NCBI GenBank assembly: GCA_977030845.1
Contig: OZ365113.1
Coordinates: forward strand, 22,320,001-22,384,000
Direction of reading: 5' to 3'
Source: Fimbriosthenelais zetlandica
Taxonomy: Eukaryota
DNA: 64,000 nt
Under the pieces are notes generated by a model. The model did no database searches and was not told the origin of the DNA. It saw only the letters and a list, made by a program, of their open reading frames with translations. This document shows, one piece after another, positions 62,301 through 64,000 of this stretch; position 1 is the first letter of the stretch; each line of letters begins with the position of its first letter. The position numbers and the translations under genes were made by a program.

Positions 62301-63709
62301 CGAGCTTTCGTTGTACAAATTGGAATTTCTTTTAATTTCCTCACCGTCACCAGTAGTACATGTAATGATGATTTTCAGGATGGCTGCTTATTAACGTTAA
62401 ACTAAGGGGGTGTATAGACTCCTCATGATGAAGTGATAATTACCCGCTAGATGGAGATACTGTATGCACAACCAGTATGATTAATCCTGTATGCTAATTT
62501 TTGTCCGGCCATAACGGGGCTGGCTTAGATGGGATATCATCTCCTAAGGCTCGAGGGCCACGAATGCGATATACCCATAAAGTAAGAATGCTCCAAATCA
62601 ATACTATTCAAAGTGTTGAATATTGTCACTATTGGAGCTAAACGAGAGGCAGTCTGGCGAACTAACCTGTTTCAAAACAAATAATAGCTATATAGTTGGC
62701 ATTGCTAATATTCCTCTTGAAACGGGCCCTTGCTGATAATGATTTCCCCAAGATAAGACAGTCTAATACGCGTGTATATCATTATAAGCAAACAGCTTTT
62801 CCCCCGAACATTTTGGTCTCAGTGTGATTCTGACTTAATTAGAGCTTAATATCAACTGTTGCCTATAATCCTAAGGGTCTCCCGAACAAAAATACAAAGA
62901 GACGAGATGCTTGATTGCAGCATTAACTTCACCAAAATGCTGTGTTAAATTCCCATATGAACTGAGGACCTAATCTCTCACAGCCATTGTTTCTAGTCCG
63001 ATTAGGAATTATGCCGCCAAAAAAGCCTGAAAGTTACCTTTTTTCTTTAATCATTCAACCTAATTACTCTTTGGGATTATTAAGCTGAAAAAATGGTAAT
63101 TATGATCAAATGCATGGATTCCATCCTTTTGTGGTGTTAGACTAAAATGGTGCCATGGACTGAGCGAGAAAGAGCGAGAAAGGCTAGGTAAATTTAAACT
63201 GGGAATTTGAAATAGCTTTGACATTATTCTGACACCAGGCCGACCAGCCCTAGTACTGCCCTCTTATTACTAACTTGCAAATACATCGTGGGTTCCTACA
63301 GTTCCTTTCGCAACTGGTCTTGGGACTTGAGTTTGAAGTGAAGCCATATCAGCCTGTGAAGTGTCACTCACAGATCGCCCTTAAGCCTTCACAGTTAGAA
63401 ACCATATATAGAGAGAGAACCCTTACAACTGACGCTTTATCTTACACCAGTCACACATAGCCCATACTGACAGCTAGTCACTAGTGACACTACTCATCCA
63501 CCCAGATACATGACAAACTTAACGTCACAAGTTGACAGTCACCACTCACCAGCTTGTTGCACTAGTCATAGATCATTGCTAATGCCTGTCACGAGTGTTA
63601 AGACACTGTCAATGGACTGTCACAGCTGTCACTCACAGATTGTCACTGCATGTAGTGTATCAGATATAGCGTCAAATGCAGACTACTTGTCACATTTGAG
63701 ATGCCTTAA

Positions 63710-63893
63710 GTTTACACTATCACCAATCAATGTATCAATAGGATAAATTTATGCCATTTTGACCTAGATTTATGTGATGTGACCCCGATTCTATGCTGGG
63801 CATTGGCTGAAAGATGCTGCTAAGATATGAGTGAAGCAGATACGAAGTAAAATTCTGACTCTGTACAAGGGAAAGATTGGTGATAGAGGTGCT
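63710..63893 (+). mobile_element. ~185-bp TTAA-flanked MITE (Kolobok-like), copy 5
   Basis: TTAA 63706-09 | GTTTACACTATCACCAAT ... ATTGGTGATAGAGGTGCT | TTAA 63894-97; core TTTTGACCTAGATTTATG..GACCCCGATTCTATGCTGGGCATTGGCTG. Confidence 0.75.
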
Positions 63894-64000
63894 TTAATCT
63901 CTGGGGTGCCACGAGAACATTTTCGATTTCTCATATTTCGAACAATGGTACCTTTGGTGTATTACGCAGTGTCAAAGTGTCAAGTATTTAGTGGCAGGAG

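Noticed and set aside
63275-63746. Two adjacent plus-strand ORFs (61 and 78 aa)
   Set aside because: Low-complexity TGTCAC/GTGACA-rich sequence with no recognisable domain or splice support; the second ORF runs into a MITE.

Overview
AT-rich animal (metazoan) genomic DNA, probably a marine invertebrate; the taxon is inferred only from repeat style and is not established. I found no intact host protein-coding gene, rRNA, functional tRNA or CRISPR array. The long ORFs in the track are translations of tandem repeats, poly-G/GA tracts or the N-gap. The window reads as a gene desert or giant intron containing: (1) a repeat hub at about 9.2-19.3 kb, where a 32-bp minisatellite was hit twice by DNA transposons with readable target-site duplications, a 4.8-kb CCC...GGG element (GT TSD) built largely from 22-bp and 103-bp arrays and a 1.85-kb element with 27-bp TIRs (ACAT TSD), next to a three-exon, apparently non-coding splice unit; (2) five copies of a ~200-bp TTAA-flanked MITE family and two copies of an ~80-bp TA-flanked hairpin MITE; (3) a perfect 38-bp-arm palindrome joined to a tRNA-derived segment; (4) many heavily decayed retroelement and tyrosine-recombinase remnants (CR1/L2, Tx1-like, CRE-like, Gypsy integrase, Crypton-like), nearly all on the minus strand; (5) several motif-dense islands that look cis-regulatory. 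All protein-family calls are by-eye motif comparisons from memory; no database search was run.
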